Assembly: GCF_006345805.1 (NCBI RefSeq)
Contig: NC_043008.1
Coordinates: 76,446,001 to 76,510,000 of the forward strand
Source of the DNA: Octopus sinensis
Taxonomy: Eukaryota
Length of the DNA: 64,000 bases
Direction of reading: 5' to 3'
Below, piece by piece: positions 39,370 through 52,727 of the stretch. The notes beneath the pieces are model-generated. The model was given only the letters and a program-made list of their open reading frames with translations. It had not been told where the DNA came from and did not search any database. The translations under genes were made by a program, and so were the position numbers. The number at the start of each line of letters is the position of its first letter. Within the stretch, counting starts at the first letter, position 1.

Positions 39370-41000
39370 TTTATCCATCCTTCCTGGCCCCTTCTCTTCA
39401 TTCTCGACATCCAGAGCCTTTACATCGTGATCCCTCACCACGAGGGGCTGCGTGCACTCCATTTCCTTGGCCTTCGACCCAACCCCAACCTGACACATCC
39501 ACATTCATTCGTCTGGCCGAACTTGTCCTCTCACTCAATTCCTTCTCGTTCGCTGGTGATTTTTACCAGCATTTCTCGGGAGTGGCCATGGGAACGAGAA
39601 TGGGCTCCAACTATGCGAACCTGTTCATTGGCTACGTTGAGGCCTAAATATTCTCAAGTTTCACTGGTCCCACTCCCGAACTATACGGCCGTTATACTGA
39701 CAACTGTATTGGTGCGACCTCACTCTCCCGCGAACATCTAGATTCCTTCCTCTCCTTTGTCATATTTTTCCATCCTGTCCTCCACTTCTCCTGCACTATC
39801 TCTGACGCATCCGTCTCCTTTCTTGACATTTCGGTCAACATTCATCACTCTACTCTCACCACCTCCATCCACTACACACAGACTCACTCTCATACCTCAA
39901 CTTCTCCTCCTCCTACTCTAAACAAACCAAGCATTTCATCCCCTATGCCCAATTCCTCCGTGTACGCAGGCTCTGTAGTGACGTACATGACTTTGAGACT
40001 CAGTCTCAACTCATGGCTCGCCACTTCATCCTACATGGATATACCTTCACCACCATCCACACTGCCCTTGCCAGAGCACGTTCCGTAGACCGTGTATCTG
40101 CTCTCTCTACCCCCGTACCCGCCCCGCCATCTCTAGTCTCCCATTTCCTCTCACCTACCACCCCACCACCTTCAACACACCATTCTCCGAGCTTTCCGAC
40201 AACTCCAGTCCGACCCCTTCACTTCGAAAATCTGCCCTAACCGACCCCTCCCCTCTTTCAAACGAGCTCACAACCTACGAGACCTCTTTGGTCCACAGCT
40301 TCTTCCCCAATTCAACCTCTCAACCCGGCTCGTTCCTCTGCTCCCGCCCATGCTGTCGCATTTGCCCTTACCTCTCCAACACTACCCTCCCCTGCGGCAC
40401 CCATCATCGACCCTATCACATCACCGACTCCTTCACCTGCACTTCTATCAATGTCATCTGCTGCATCCCCTGCTCTTTCTGCCCTTCTTTATACATCGGG
40501 CAAACGTGACGCTGCTTGGCTGACCGGTTCGCAGAACATCTCCGAGATGTCCGACTCGGCAATGACGCCCCGGTCTCGCGCCATTTCTGCTCTACCGGTC
40601 ACTCTTTTGCAACACCCGTTTGTATTCGGATTGTCCTTGCATAGGGGCCATCTGGATTAATCTTCTCTCTTCGCTCCTTTGTGCCACATGGGTTCAACTC
40701 TCCTCCACTCTTCATCTAACCTCCTCCCCCACTTCTCTCCCCCTCACAGCTACTTCCTCCCACCCACCTCTCCTCTTTTGCTCCAACTCCTACTTCTCTT
40801 CACTCCTACTCTCCTCTCTTCTCTTCACTCCTACTCTCCTCTCTTCTCTTCACTCCTACTCTCCTCTCTTCTCTTCACTCCTACCCACCTTCTCCCTTCC
40901 CCTTCATCGTCACCCCTCCCTCGTAACTCCATCCCATCCCTACACAATCCAACCCCACCTCCCTATCCATCCCATACAACCCCACCTTTTTATCATGTTT
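39370..41000 (+). mobile_element. Penelope-like element (Neptune-type) RT plus GIY-YIG, degenerate
   Basis: LDIQSLYIVIPH; GVAMGTRMGSNYANLF; RYTDN (RYIDD); linker CSRPCCRICPY; NVICCIPC..C..LYIGQT..RFAEH; CT-rich 3' region. Confidence 0.88.
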
Positions 41001-41487
41001 TATCATGGCTACCGAATAATTGTCACATATTACATTTACAGATAAGTTCCTCTATTTACATAATATCGAGATCTCTTTCATTCTTTTGTTGTCTTGACAG
41101 TTTTATTAATATATATATTTATATATAAGGCAGGTTGCACAACATTATCTAGTAAAATTTGGGAACTAAAAACAAATCATATAGAATTCAACCTAAAATG
41201 GGATATAGTTAGAAGAGCGCAACTTTATAGAAATAGTAGGGATGGTTGTCAACTTTGTTCTATGGAAACTTATGAAATTTTGAAACATCAGAGTAACACA
41301 AAACTGTTGAATAACCGTTTGGATCTGGGAGTATCTTGTATAGATCGTACGACCCGAACGTTTAAATACGTTAAATAATAATTTTGTGAATATTCAAATT
41401 TTAATTCTTTATAACCAAATTAGAAGTAATATACCATTTTAGAAGTAATATACCATTTCAATTTAATATTTATAGATGACTAAAATA

Positions 41488-41918
41488 ACTTCACTGCAAA
41501 ATTAAAATTGAATTCTTCTTTTTTCTAAAATTAAACTCTATGAATCTAAATAGTTGGAATCCTAAAAAGTATGAATCCCAAATAGTAGGAATACTAAATA
41601 GTATAAATCCTATGTCTCTAAAGAAACTATTCAGTTCACTTTGATTATCTCACTTCCATTTCTTAATATATAATTAGTCTAAGATATCTTTACAAAATAT
41701 ATTTAATCAAATAGGAACGAATATACCATACTGGCTTTAGTTTAACACCCATAAATGATTAAAAAACTTCATTGCAAACTTAGAATTAAATTCTTCTTTT
41801 TTATAATGTTCTCCAATACTAAGTAGTATTATTCCTATGTCCCTAGGGAAACTATTTGGTTCATGTTGATTATCTCACTCCCATTTCTTAATATATAATT
41901 AACCTAAGATATTTTTAC
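41488..41918 (+). repeat. Diverged tandem duplication within the PLE 3' UTR
   Basis: AACTTCA.TGCAAA.TTA.AATT and TTGATTATCTCACT.CCATTTCTTAATATATAATTA each occur twice. Confidence 0.75.
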
Positions 41919-42656
41919 CTAACTAATTAACTTTTATCCGCAGGTAGTAAATTTTATTTCCAATAGATCCTGTATTTTAATTCATTAATATCATCTCTCT
42001 ATCCATGAAATTTGAATAATTTACTCTTCTAAATCACCTCCCCTCATATTATAGAATATCACATTCTACTAAATCTATGAATATCTTCTTTCTTTGATTT
42101 TCCCTCTTCCATCTTTCTTAGTATATATTTTGACCCCTAATATGTTCACTTGATTAATAAGGCTGATAGTCTCTTTCTCCAAATTTGAATAAATTTTAGA
42201 TTTATATTTTTTCCTTTATTCTAACGTGTCAAAGTACTTGGAACTTATTGACCAACTGTTGTGATGATGTGCATAGGGTTTGTAAGGTCTGTGAATGTTA
42301 TTGTGACCATTTGACATTGACCTAGTTCTCCTAACGTCGAATCTGTTCATCAAATAGTAGTAATTGGCATTTAGTTGTGACAATGCTGTCTTCTACATAA
42401 ATTCCTTATATGGAGCTATGGCATCCCCTTTACCCCATTTCTATAATTAGAAAATCTTTATTGTCTCCTTTCATTTGTTCTTCCCTCTCAGAACCTTACA
42501 GTAGTCTGGAACAACTGAATCTTAGTCAGTCAGTTGATGGGCTCCACTACCTCAAATGTTCTTAAAATTTAAATCCACATCTTTATCTATGTATCTATCT
42601 TCTCTATAATGTTGCCACTTGATATGAAAATTTTTGTATTCATGGAAAACCTCTAT

Positions 42657-42747
42657 AATTGGCTGATGAGTGCTCAGCATTTTTAAAATGTTGTAATACT
42701 TACAACAATTAATAAAATGATGTAGTACGAAACGATCTCACTAAATT
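42657..42747 (+). ncRNA. Degenerate hammerhead ribozyme
   Basis: CTGATGA (42663)-GTGCT...AGTAC-GAAA (42729)-CGATC-TCA; cleavage triplet mutated. Confidence 0.5.
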
Positions 42748-42805
42748 ACTGGAGTCATTCTTGTTGCTTATTTTGAGTGTGTATATATATATATATATTA
42801 TATAT

Positions 42806-42863
<58 letters not shown>

Positions 42864-43047
42864 TTACGAAAACATAGCTCCTGTCCGAGCTCTGTTAGCT
42901 GTGAGCAGGCTGATAAGTTATTAGGCTATAAATAGCTGTTGTTATATAGTATGTTGCTTCTAAACAATATACTGTCAACATTTCGGAATAATATCAAATC
43001 TAGTATAAATATTTTAAAATGTCACTTTTCTGTCTTCAATAGAGAAT

Positions 43048-43353
43048 GTTGTTGTTTGTTCCTTCTCGAGCCATGCCTGGCTCATAGGGCCGGTTCCCGG
43101 TTTCCTTGGTGCATAGGTTCCCAACCTGGACTGGACGCCGGTCCGTCGCAGGTGAGCTGCAAGATGCAGGAGAAAAGAGTGAGAGAAATTTGGGGCGAAA
43201 GAGTCTGCAGAAGTTCGCCATTACCTTCTGCCGGAGCCGCGTGGAGCTTAGGTGTTTCGCTCATAAACACACATATCGCCCAGTCTGAGATTTGAACTCG
43301 CGATCCCTCGACCGCGAGTCCGCTGCTCTATCCACTAGGTCATGTGCCTCCAC
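43048..43353 (-). mobile_element. tRNA(Arg)-like SINE with V-domain-like segment, family C
   Basis: Head TGACCTAGTGGATAGAGCAGCGGACTCGCGGTCGAGGGATCGCGAGTTCAAATCTC; CCTGCGACGGACCGGCGTCCAGTCCAGG; (CAA)n tail; TSD AATAGAGAAT at 43038-43047 and 43355-43364. Confidence 0.88.
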
Positions 43354-44116
43354 TAATAGAGAATATAAGGACCCATCAATCTTTGTACGATATCCGAGAC
43401 AGGTGGAGAGGAAAAAGTTGAAAATTTCATTATACATTTGCTTTCTACATTAGAGATGGTGAAAGAATTTATCACACGTTGGTTGCTGTTGTAGTAGAAA
43501 GGAGTGTATTGAAATACTGCATTATTCTAAAATTGGTCCAGTTCTCGCAAGAGCTTGTACATCTTTAAAGCACCCGAATAAATTAAAGGTGTTATATTTG
43601 ACCATCGATTATTATAACAGTATTAAACTGGGATATCAAATGTAGTGTTAAAGCTATCCCTCCCAGCCAGAAACACTCCATCCTACCTTTAGTACATACT
43701 CAGCTTCCACACATTTTCTAATTATTCAGTTTCTGCCATACCCTCCGCCTCTGAGGATATTGTAGAAATTACTTGCCCAGTGAGATTGAACCTTGAACCG
43801 CATAAATGCAAGGCGTATTCTTCAATCTCAGCCTAGTGCACTAATCAACATTAATGAACAAAACAATATTAATCTGGCTCCTGACCGCCGAGGATTCATT
43901 AAGTTTTCGTAACAAGGAAATATGAAAAAGTCATAAGTTTTGTTGAAAACAACCGTAAAAGCAAATATGCGTTGTTGGCCCGTGGGGACAATTACTTGTT
44001 ATTTCTTATAACCACTTATGTTACTATCTCGCTTCAACATCCACCGTCTTGTTTCTAAATATTGAATCAACATAACAGTTATATGGGAAAAGATGAAATA
44101 TATTGTCTTGAGAGAT

Positions 44117-44276
44117 GATACTATTTTTCTCAGTCAAACAAAATGGTCTTATATAAATATGATAAAGATTCTTCTAAGTTTATGTCATATAAACTTGCTT
44201 CGTCTAACATAAAAACAAACAAACACATATTCGCAATAGGGAACAATGACCAGTCTTTAACTGAGAAAATAGCAAT
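44117..44276. repeat. Small imperfect inverted repeat (MITE-like)
   Basis: CTATTTTTCTCAGTCAAACAAAATGGTC / GACCAGTCTTTAACTGAGAAAATAG. Confidence 0.5.
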
Positions 44277-45260
44277 CGATTATCAATCAGTTAACGATCG
44301 ATTCTTTGATACATAGTAAATCAAAGAATGCGTTCTTTGAAATGGACAATGTGTTTGGGAATAAATCGAAGCGGGTATTGTGTTGGAGAAGACTTCTGCT
44401 GAACATGTTGGCAAGTTTCCAGTATACTATTGAAAAATGGAACTTCTATATACGAAATGTGTCTTTTCAAGAATTTCTCTCTTTTTTTTTTTTTTTTTTG
44501 GAAAGCAGAAAGACTACTTGAACAAGTGAAGTTTTGAAGAATACAAATGGCTGTGATATCCTGATATCCAGTGACGTCATTTCATTCAGAATCTCTGGAT
44601 ATACATGATAAGAAGTACAGTTTATGCTTAAAGAACATAACTGCTTTAAGGAATTTACTCAATAATCAGATCAATTAACTATTTCGCGCTTCCATAGAAA
44701 CTTATGACTTAAAGAGGTCCAGAATTTTCTTTGAATGAAATAAACAGTAGAAAACGATAATAACTTTAATACAAACTTGCAAATAATTTTTCTTTTCTTC
44801 TATTATTAACATTGGCAATAAATGCTTAATTTTATAGGCGAACTGCAAGAACTGATATGAAACAATTCTCATGGTAAAGCTGAAATATATGAACAAAGCG
44901 AAATAGATACGAGTTTTGTGAATTACCGTTTTGAAGAAGTCAATTCTTCTTTTATAATATACTTCCCAATGCATTATAACCTGCAGCCTGAAAAATCTAT
45001 CTTTAGTTCTGTAGTTATGTGTTAGATAATGTTATAATTTCTTGTTGATTTAGCTGAATGCTACATCAACAAGAAGTGAAGGAAAATAGGGAATTTGGAA
45101 ACAAAATCAAAATTTAACAATCAACAGGAACAAAATAATTTAACTGTGATTGAAGAATCATTGATAAAAAAGGTATCTGTAAACATTGGAATAACGAGTT
45201 TTCGCCTCTTAACTCAAATAATACATGGAAGTTTGATTTTCTTTATGTAGATTCTGTGTA

Positions 45261-45293
45261 AGTAGTAGTAGTGGTGGTGGTGTGGTGGTGGTG

Positions 45294-45377
<84 letters not shown>

Positions 45378-45397
45378 ATAGTAGTAGTAGTAGTAGT
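45261..45397. repeat. (GTG)n/(TAG)n microsatellite
   Basis: Direct observation. Confidence 0.95.
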
Positions 45398-47419
45398 GTT
45401 CCTTCATTTACCATTCTTTATAAATGGATTTGTACCCGTGCTGTAACTTGGAGAGCTTTTATAGAAAATTTTGCTTCAGTGTAACAAACATCTTTTGTTT
45501 TTTTTATGTTGTTTTTGTTGTTTTTAGAAGTTTAATTGTCTTTCCCTATAAATGACATGAAACATGTAAATATTTCCCAATTCTGACAGGCATTTAAGAA
45601 CAGATGCTTAGTTGTGGTTTCATGACATCAGGAAGAAAAATGTTTTGAGAGGACGCTGGATTATCACGGATAATGGTCTTAGAGAATTTACTTCGGCGGG
45701 TATTGTCAACATCTAGGTTAATTGGGGTAATATACAATTGAGATTTGAACTAGAAACACATGAAGTAGGTTTGACCTTTCGAACCAAGAAAAGCTGGTCT
45801 AAATCTTTCCCTATCCGATTTTCCCACCTTTACGTTCGTTATATATAGTAGTTTAAAAAATTTAGCTCACAATAGCCTAACTGGATTGACGCTACACCTT
45901 TTTAAGAAGTCTATACCGTAGGTCCTGTTGGACATGATTGCGATGGCTTACACTGCATACTTTTACAAATAACACATTATGATTGAAGTGTGTCTATTGG
46001 TTAATTAGAATAACAAAATACCTGTCTTTTAGAAGAATGGCCACACACGACAGTTATGAAAATCCACACAGACGCAGCACGCATAAAGCATATTCATAAA
46101 CAGGTTCACATTAATATTGTATCTATCATAATGTTATTGCAAATTTTCTTCTCACTTGGTCGAAAAATAAATAGCAATCATATACTTTACCACTTCAAAG
46201 GAGCAGACGCCTCCATTTCAGTGTTATCGCCTCGTGATAATGTGAAAAATCAATATTATGTTTATCTCGATATATGATAACATTTTCATTTACAGTATTA
46301 TCATGTTTTCATTCAAGTAGTGTTATATTTTTGTATTTGGTTTCATAGTAGAGCTGACATCTCTCATATTTCGGTAAAACGATTCTGCTTTTATCAATTT
46401 ACTGCTGTCGTCATACGTGAATATTACTAACAACAGGAATAAAACAAACACAGAACCATTGGGCAAACAATATTATGGCACATCCAGTCTTTTATATCAA
46501 GATTTCTGTCACCATTGACAGGATTCTGCTGCCATTCGTTATGTTACAATCTCACTAAGACTCATAAATACTGGATTATAACCGACAGCATTTTATTCAA
46601 TAGAGTGCATTTGTTTCGCAACCTCTTGTTCGATTAATAAAATGTTACAGAAAATAGATTTCCGTCAAAGACGTCCGTCCTGTCGTTTGTAATGGATTAA
46701 TGAATGTTTGTTTTGTTCAAATCACGACGCCGTCCTAATCATGTAGACTTATAATCTTAGAATAACAGATTTTAACTGATAAATGGATTAATTTAATATT
46801 AGATAAATTTTTCACATCATATTGAAAGCTTATTAGATTCAGTTAAAATTTCGTCTGGGAAAGAAACTATTTGATTTTCTTATTCAGGATAAATTTCTAT
46901 GATAAACAGAAAATTAGTCGTTATATAAATTTTACGGGATATATGTGTCTGTATATCTTAAAACAAAGGTGAAAATGCCTTTAAGAACTTTATCAAGTTT
47001 GTGTGTGTATTTAAATGGGAGGGAAAGTGTTTGAAGGAGTAAGATGAGTGCCGATGTATATATGAATGTCTGTGTTATACTGAGTGGATGTTACTTATTG
47101 AATTTAGCAGAAGGTGTATCTATACGTGATGAATAGTATGAACTGATGAAAACGTTCTGAAAAGTGTAACTAGTAAAAGGATGTGAAGTGCTTATGGTCA
47201 AGTGTTAGTGTCGCCATATACACACTCCCGTAAGTAAAGAAACATAGGGCAGTATACAAATTTATATATGAGAATACACACGCACAAATATTCATGCATT
47301 CTCACGTTTTTATACATACATACATACATACACACATACACACACATACATACATACATACATACATACATACATACATACATACAAACATACATAAGTA
47401 CATACATACATAGAAGCAA

Positions 47420-49245
47420 ATCAATATACGTCACACCAACAAAAAGTGAAGAAGGAAATAGAAGTGTTGTTTGGAGACAGCAAAATAATACATTCCCTTG
47501 CAAACTGATTACCCTGAAGCAGGAGTTAAAAGCTATCAGCGAGAAACTCCGACATCAGAAGCGAATAACCCAGAGAAAAACAATTAATAAACCATTTAAC
47601 TGGAACCAGGCAGCAGTATACGGAGACATGAAAGGAGAAGCAGTGAACAGCACAGAATCTCTTTCAGGAGAAGACTCCTAAAGGAAAATCTGGACAGAGG
47701 GAGGTAGAATTTCGAAGAGGTAGAATTGTCCCAACATTACCCCCAGACATACAACACTTTTGATGTTATCTCTGTAATTGTGATCCAGAAACTTCAGGAT
47801 AGAAAAGTACCTAGAAGATACTTGGTTGTTGGACCATATCTTATCAACCTGTACCAGCAAGCTCTGGCAGGGGCAAAACTGATCCCCAAATGCAAAACCT
47901 TCCACATGGCAAAAAAATACCGGCTGATTACACGCCAGAATTTAATGTATAAAATATTTAGAGCATGTTTAAACGTCTTCCTCCAAAACCGTTGTGACAG
48001 TAACAACATCATCACACAGAAGAAGGAAGTTTGTGGGTGTACCGAACAATTGTTAATAAACAAAACAGTAATGTCAGAGGTGCAGGAGCATAGGAGAAAC
48101 CTAGTTTCAAGGTGGCTAGGCGAGAAGAAAGCCTCTGACTCTGTTCCCTATTCTAGAAACCCTTCAAGTTGCTAAAGTTCCAGTGAGCATAATCAAAGTC
48201 ATAGCTAACCTGACATCATCAAGAGCCACTATCTTGAAATTGAACACAAAGAGTGATTGTATTATCACTGATGGAATACAGTTTCGCTGAGGTATATTCC
48301 AAGGAGACAACCTCTATGTGATGTTGCTTATACATTTTGTAAACCCCTTATCATTCATGCTAAGGACGTCTGAAGGATATCTCACTGGTTTACAAGATAA
48401 CAAACACCAAAATTAGTGTTTCTTTGTGGATGACTTGAAGCTACATCCATAGATATGCATGAGATGAAAAAGAGCCTTGACCTAGTTACAACATTCTCAA
48501 AGAATGTAGGGTGGGAATTTAGACAGGAGAAATGTTGCTATACGGTTGGGAAAAGAGAAGACCTGGAAGGCAGCTTCTTGAGCAGCATTGTTTGTTTGAT
48601 AACCTTGAATACATGCCTAAAGAAGTCGCACGACTCTTCCGCAACATATCATCAGATGGAAGGCTGAGTGTATATGAGCAGAAGACCCTGCACAGGTATG
48701 TTAGTAGAAAGCTCTGATATGTTATTAACATTGATCAAAGCAATCTATCATGGACCAACAACAGGATTACTTCACCCCATTTTGAAAGGTATGCGTTTGC
48801 AATCCAGGAACAGGAAATCTCAACCAAATACCTGATGCACAAAAGGGACAGAGATGCAGGAAAAGCAGTAAAATGTGACAACCTATACAGACTTTGCGGA
48901 GTTAAAACCAAAAATATTGCCCACATCATAAGCAGTTATTCGAAAATGTCAACACGGTATTATCTGCCGATGAGACATGATGCTGTAGCTAGGACACACT
49001 ATATAAATAAATACGTAGGAAGGATAACCCCGAGGATAAAGAACTAATAGCCCACGCTATGGTAGAAGCCATAGCCACTCATAATAAAACGGAGTACTGG
49101 TGGAATGTTCCAGTGAAAATCCCAATAAAATGTCAATACAACACATCTGATATAATGATCAGGGACAAAGAAAAGAAATTGTGTACGTTTGTGGAAATCA
49201 GCTGTCCAGCGGATATTAACGTAAAGCTAAAGATCAGATGAAAGA
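47420..49245 (+). mobile_element. Degenerate R4/Dong LINE
   Basis: GCTEQLLINK; GIFQGDNL; FVDDLKL; RLCG..NIAHIISS..RHD; WWN..SDIMIRDK..VEISCPAD. Confidence 0.85.
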
Positions 49246-49317
49246 GAATACCCACTGAAAAATACATACATACATATATGTGTGTGTATGTATATACATA
49301 TATGCATGTATGTATAT

Positions 49318-49358
<41 letters not shown>

Positions 49359-50052
49359 ATATACACATACATACATACATGTATATATATCGGAATTCAA
49401 ATTCCAGCAAGGAGGAAACTTTCCAGTTAACACCAACTTCACATTCCCTCCCAGAACCTAATTTATGCCCTAACCTGCTCAGGTTCTGGTCATACTTATG
49501 TGAGCCAAACGAGCCTTACTTTGAGACGCAGAGTTACGCTGCATAAAGAACAGATTCTTTTTTCCTCAATACAGGCAGATTGCTCTGCGCGAACATATTG
49601 ACAGATGCGCAAGACATAAAACACCAAATTTCCATATTTTTCCATTATACCAATGCAATGATTAATCTCCTTACAAGAACTCCTAAACAAAGAAAACATG
49701 TTCATACAAAAGTACAGCCCACACCTTCATATAGAAACTTGATGACCTCATCCGTACACATTCCTATTTCCCCTTGCACCTATTACCTCCCTTTATCCAC
49801 TCTCTCCATTCATTCTTACTTTTCAAAAAATCCAAAATGGCGTGATTCCTTTGTCTCAAAGAATGATTACTTCACAATGTCCCTTGAAGCTAATTGAAAT
49901 AGCGAATCCGGTTGGATATCACTACTTTTTATGAGACTTATACTATCTATGAAATATGTATATATATATATTTTTATAAAAAGATAACAAAATTATGTGA
50001 AATGAAGGCATTTCTCTTCCCCTTTTTATGTTTTCTACAAATTTTACTATAT

Positions 50053-50140
50053 ATACTTGCCCAAGGTGCCACGCAGTGGGACTGAACCCAGAGTGATGTG
50101 GTTGGGAAGAATGCGTCTTTCTACACAGCCACTTCTGCGA
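50053..50140 (-). mobile_element. SINE family B head fragment
   Basis: ACTTGCCCAAGGTGCCACGCAGTGGGACTGAACCC...ACACAGCCACTTCTGCG. Confidence 0.8.
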
Positions 50141-50270
50141 CTATTTGTAAGAAATCTTGAAATAAAACTGAATAATGATATACACACATACTTACATACA
50201 TACAAACATGCATACATGTGCGTGCCTGCATAAGTGCTTGCGTGCGTACGTACACACACGCATGTGTGTA

Positions 50271-50510
50271 TGAAGGTACGTGGCTTAGTGCTTAGGGTGT
50301 TCAACTCACAATAGCCAGATCGTGGTTTCAATTCCCAAACCGGGCATTGCATTATGTTCTTGAGCAAAACATTTCATTTTCACCTATGCGGCACGTCGTT
50401 GCACCTGTGCAAGTATTGTCGATTTGATAGAGAAGTGACCTTATGTGGACACAAACATTTGATCACAATAAATAAATCATTTGTGCGGTTGTTCAGCAAG
50501 AAATTATACT
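50271..50510 (+). mobile_element. tRNA/CORE-like SINE, family D
   Basis: TGGCTTAGTGCTTAGGG A-box, GTTTCAATTCC B-box, TTCTTGAGCAAAACA. Confidence 0.65.
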
Positions 50511-51336
50511 GCAAGAGACTACCTTGTAAAATTTCTAATAAAAGCGTAAAAATTACTATCATCAAAGTGAAAATGAAATAGTTCTCATTTGTATGATGTT
50601 TTAGCAATTCAAACCAGTTGCATCTTTTGATATAAATGAATTTTTGTCTTTTTCTTTCATGCTAATGTTCTCGAAATATTTTCTTATTTTCTTTTATATA
50701 ACTTTACCGGTGTGCTTGTGTGATGTGTGTGTGTGCGTGTGAATGCGTATGTTTGTGTGTGTGAATTATAAAAAGAAAATATTGTAATTTCACTTCTTCC
50801 TCTTACATTTGGGAAGCGAAAGGAATTGTACTGATGTTAATCACGACTAATTAAGCTTCTGTAATTGTGTGATATGTGTAGAGGCTACGGAAGACTAAAA
50901 TAAGCTTATGGCCCACTGAAACTCAAAAAGTTTATCACTTGAAGATATGTTTTAAGAGTAGATAGTTAGTAACGTGACATGTTAACAAGAACATCTCTTC
51001 TGCAAAGATTATTTAATTTGTTTTGTGTTATTTTCATAGAATCCTTTTGTTTTTATTCTACTTATTTTGTCTTGCATGAGTTTTTTTATGTTTCAAGGGA
51101 AAAAAACTATATTTCGTGACCTCTTTTTAGCTTTTTCTTTTCCTTTTACCTGTTTCTGCTCGTAAATCGACAAATCCTTTCCTATCGGGCTTAGTACTAC
51201 TCACTGGAATTACCTCACAAATCGTGTAACACGACAGAACTGATTTAACTCAATGTCTTCCAGCAAGCGTATGAAATTCTTTCTATATTCCCTAGTGATT
51301 GATCAATATTTTCCAGCTACAGGTCCTAAATATATA

Positions 51337-51700
51337 AGGCACAAATGTAGATGTGTGGCAGGAACTTTACTTCCTAAACATATAGTTCCGGGCTCAGTCT
51401 CACCGCATGGTATCTTACACAAGTGTCTGCTACTATAGCTCTGGGATCACTAATAACTTGTAAATCGATTTGATAGACGAAAACTGAAAGAAGCCCGTCA
51501 TATATATATATATATATATTCTTTATTTGTTCAGTTATTTGACGGCGGCCATGCTAGAGCTCCGACTTTGGTCAAGCAAATCGACTCTACGACTTATTTT
51601 TGTAAGCCTAGTACTTTTGCCGAAACGTTTACGGTGACGCAAACACATCAGCATCTGTTGTTAAGCGATGTTGTGTGGACAAACACAGACTCACAAACAT
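51337..51700. mobile_element. SINE family B: head on +, tail on - around a (TA)n tract
   Basis: 51337-51500 is the head half on +; 51520-51700 is the tail half in reverse orientation. Confidence 0.75.
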
Positions 51701-51812
51701 ATATATAATATATATATATATTATATATATATATATTATATATATATATATACTACCAACAAGCCAGTGGATTTGGTTTCAAATCTCAGACAGGGTCAAG
51801 CTAGATCCCGCC

Positions 51813-51876
<64 letters not shown>

Positions 51877-51934
51877 GACAAGAAATCATTTTTGTCTCCT
51901 TTTTATGGAAACAAAGGGTTTATAGGACTGCAAC

Positions 51935-52716
51935 ATTGATCATAAAACAAACATCAAATTCGAGTCAATGACTTTATATATAACACCGTATCTCCAAACA
52001 TTTCACCATATATAAATATTACCATGGCTCTTAAACTTATAGAGTATACATATATAAAAGAAAAATCATACAAATTATACATACATAAAAAACATCAAAG
52101 GTAAAAAATATATATGTGAATAAAAATGCAGGTATATAGAATGGCCTAGCAAGAAAGTATATACAATCGACTAAGAATTCTAAAGCGTGTCATGCTACTA
52201 AAAATCTAAATAAAGTAAAATATCAATCGACTAAAAAAAGTTTTCTTACTCCCCGCAAATGAAAGAGTACGTCAAAAATTTTGTTTCATAAAATCCATGG
52301 TAGGTTAGAGTCCAGGAGCAAAAAGAGTTCCACAAAATCAAGTCAAACACACCTATGGCCATTTCAGGAGTTCATTGCCACAGTTAAAGCGCTTCTTGGC
52401 AATGACCCTCACATCAGGATGAACAGGAAACTCAACAAATTCTTTGTTTAGTCCATTGATATTTTATTCGATTTTATTTGGATTTTTAGCATCACTACAC
52501 GCTTTAGAATTTTTAGCCAATTCTATATACCTTCTTGATAGGCTGTTCTATATATCTGTGGTTTTATCCGTGTATATATTTTTTACCTTCTTTGTACTTT
52601 ATATATGTATACTTTTTATGTTTAAGAGCCATGGTAATATTTATATATGATGAAATGTTACGGTGTTATATATTAAGTCACTGACTCGAATTTGATGTTT
52701 GTTCTATGATTAATGT
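51935..52716. repeat. Large diverged fold-back (~300-bp arms)
   Basis: AACAAACATCAAATTCGAGTCA / TGACTCGAATTTGATGTTTGTT; ATATAAATATTACCATGGCTCTTAAAC / GTTTAAGAGCCATGGTAATATTTATAT; AATTCTAAAGCGTGT / ACACGCTTTAGAATT. Confidence 0.88.
52350..52421 (-). ncRNA. Putative hammerhead ribozyme in the fold-back spacer
   Basis: CATC-CTGATGT-GAGGGTCATTGCCA...TGGCAATGAACTCCT-GAAA-TGGCCA-TA-GGTG; one core substitution (A9>T). Confidence 0.55.
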
Positions 52717-52727
52717 TTATATATATA

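Larger units (their letters stand above)
41130..42780 (+). mobile_element. Second PLE: GIY-YIG C-terminus plus long 3' UTR/pLTR
   Basis: TTLSSKIWELK...KWDIV...Y...CQLC..E..EI...LLNNR..L...C is a typical PLE endonuclease C-terminus; HHR-like motif near the 3' end, then (TA)n. The 3' extent is inferred. Confidence 0.7.

Noticed and set aside
43270-43353. tRNA-Arg gene candidate
   Set aside because: It is a SINE head, continuous with a SINE body, tail and TSD.
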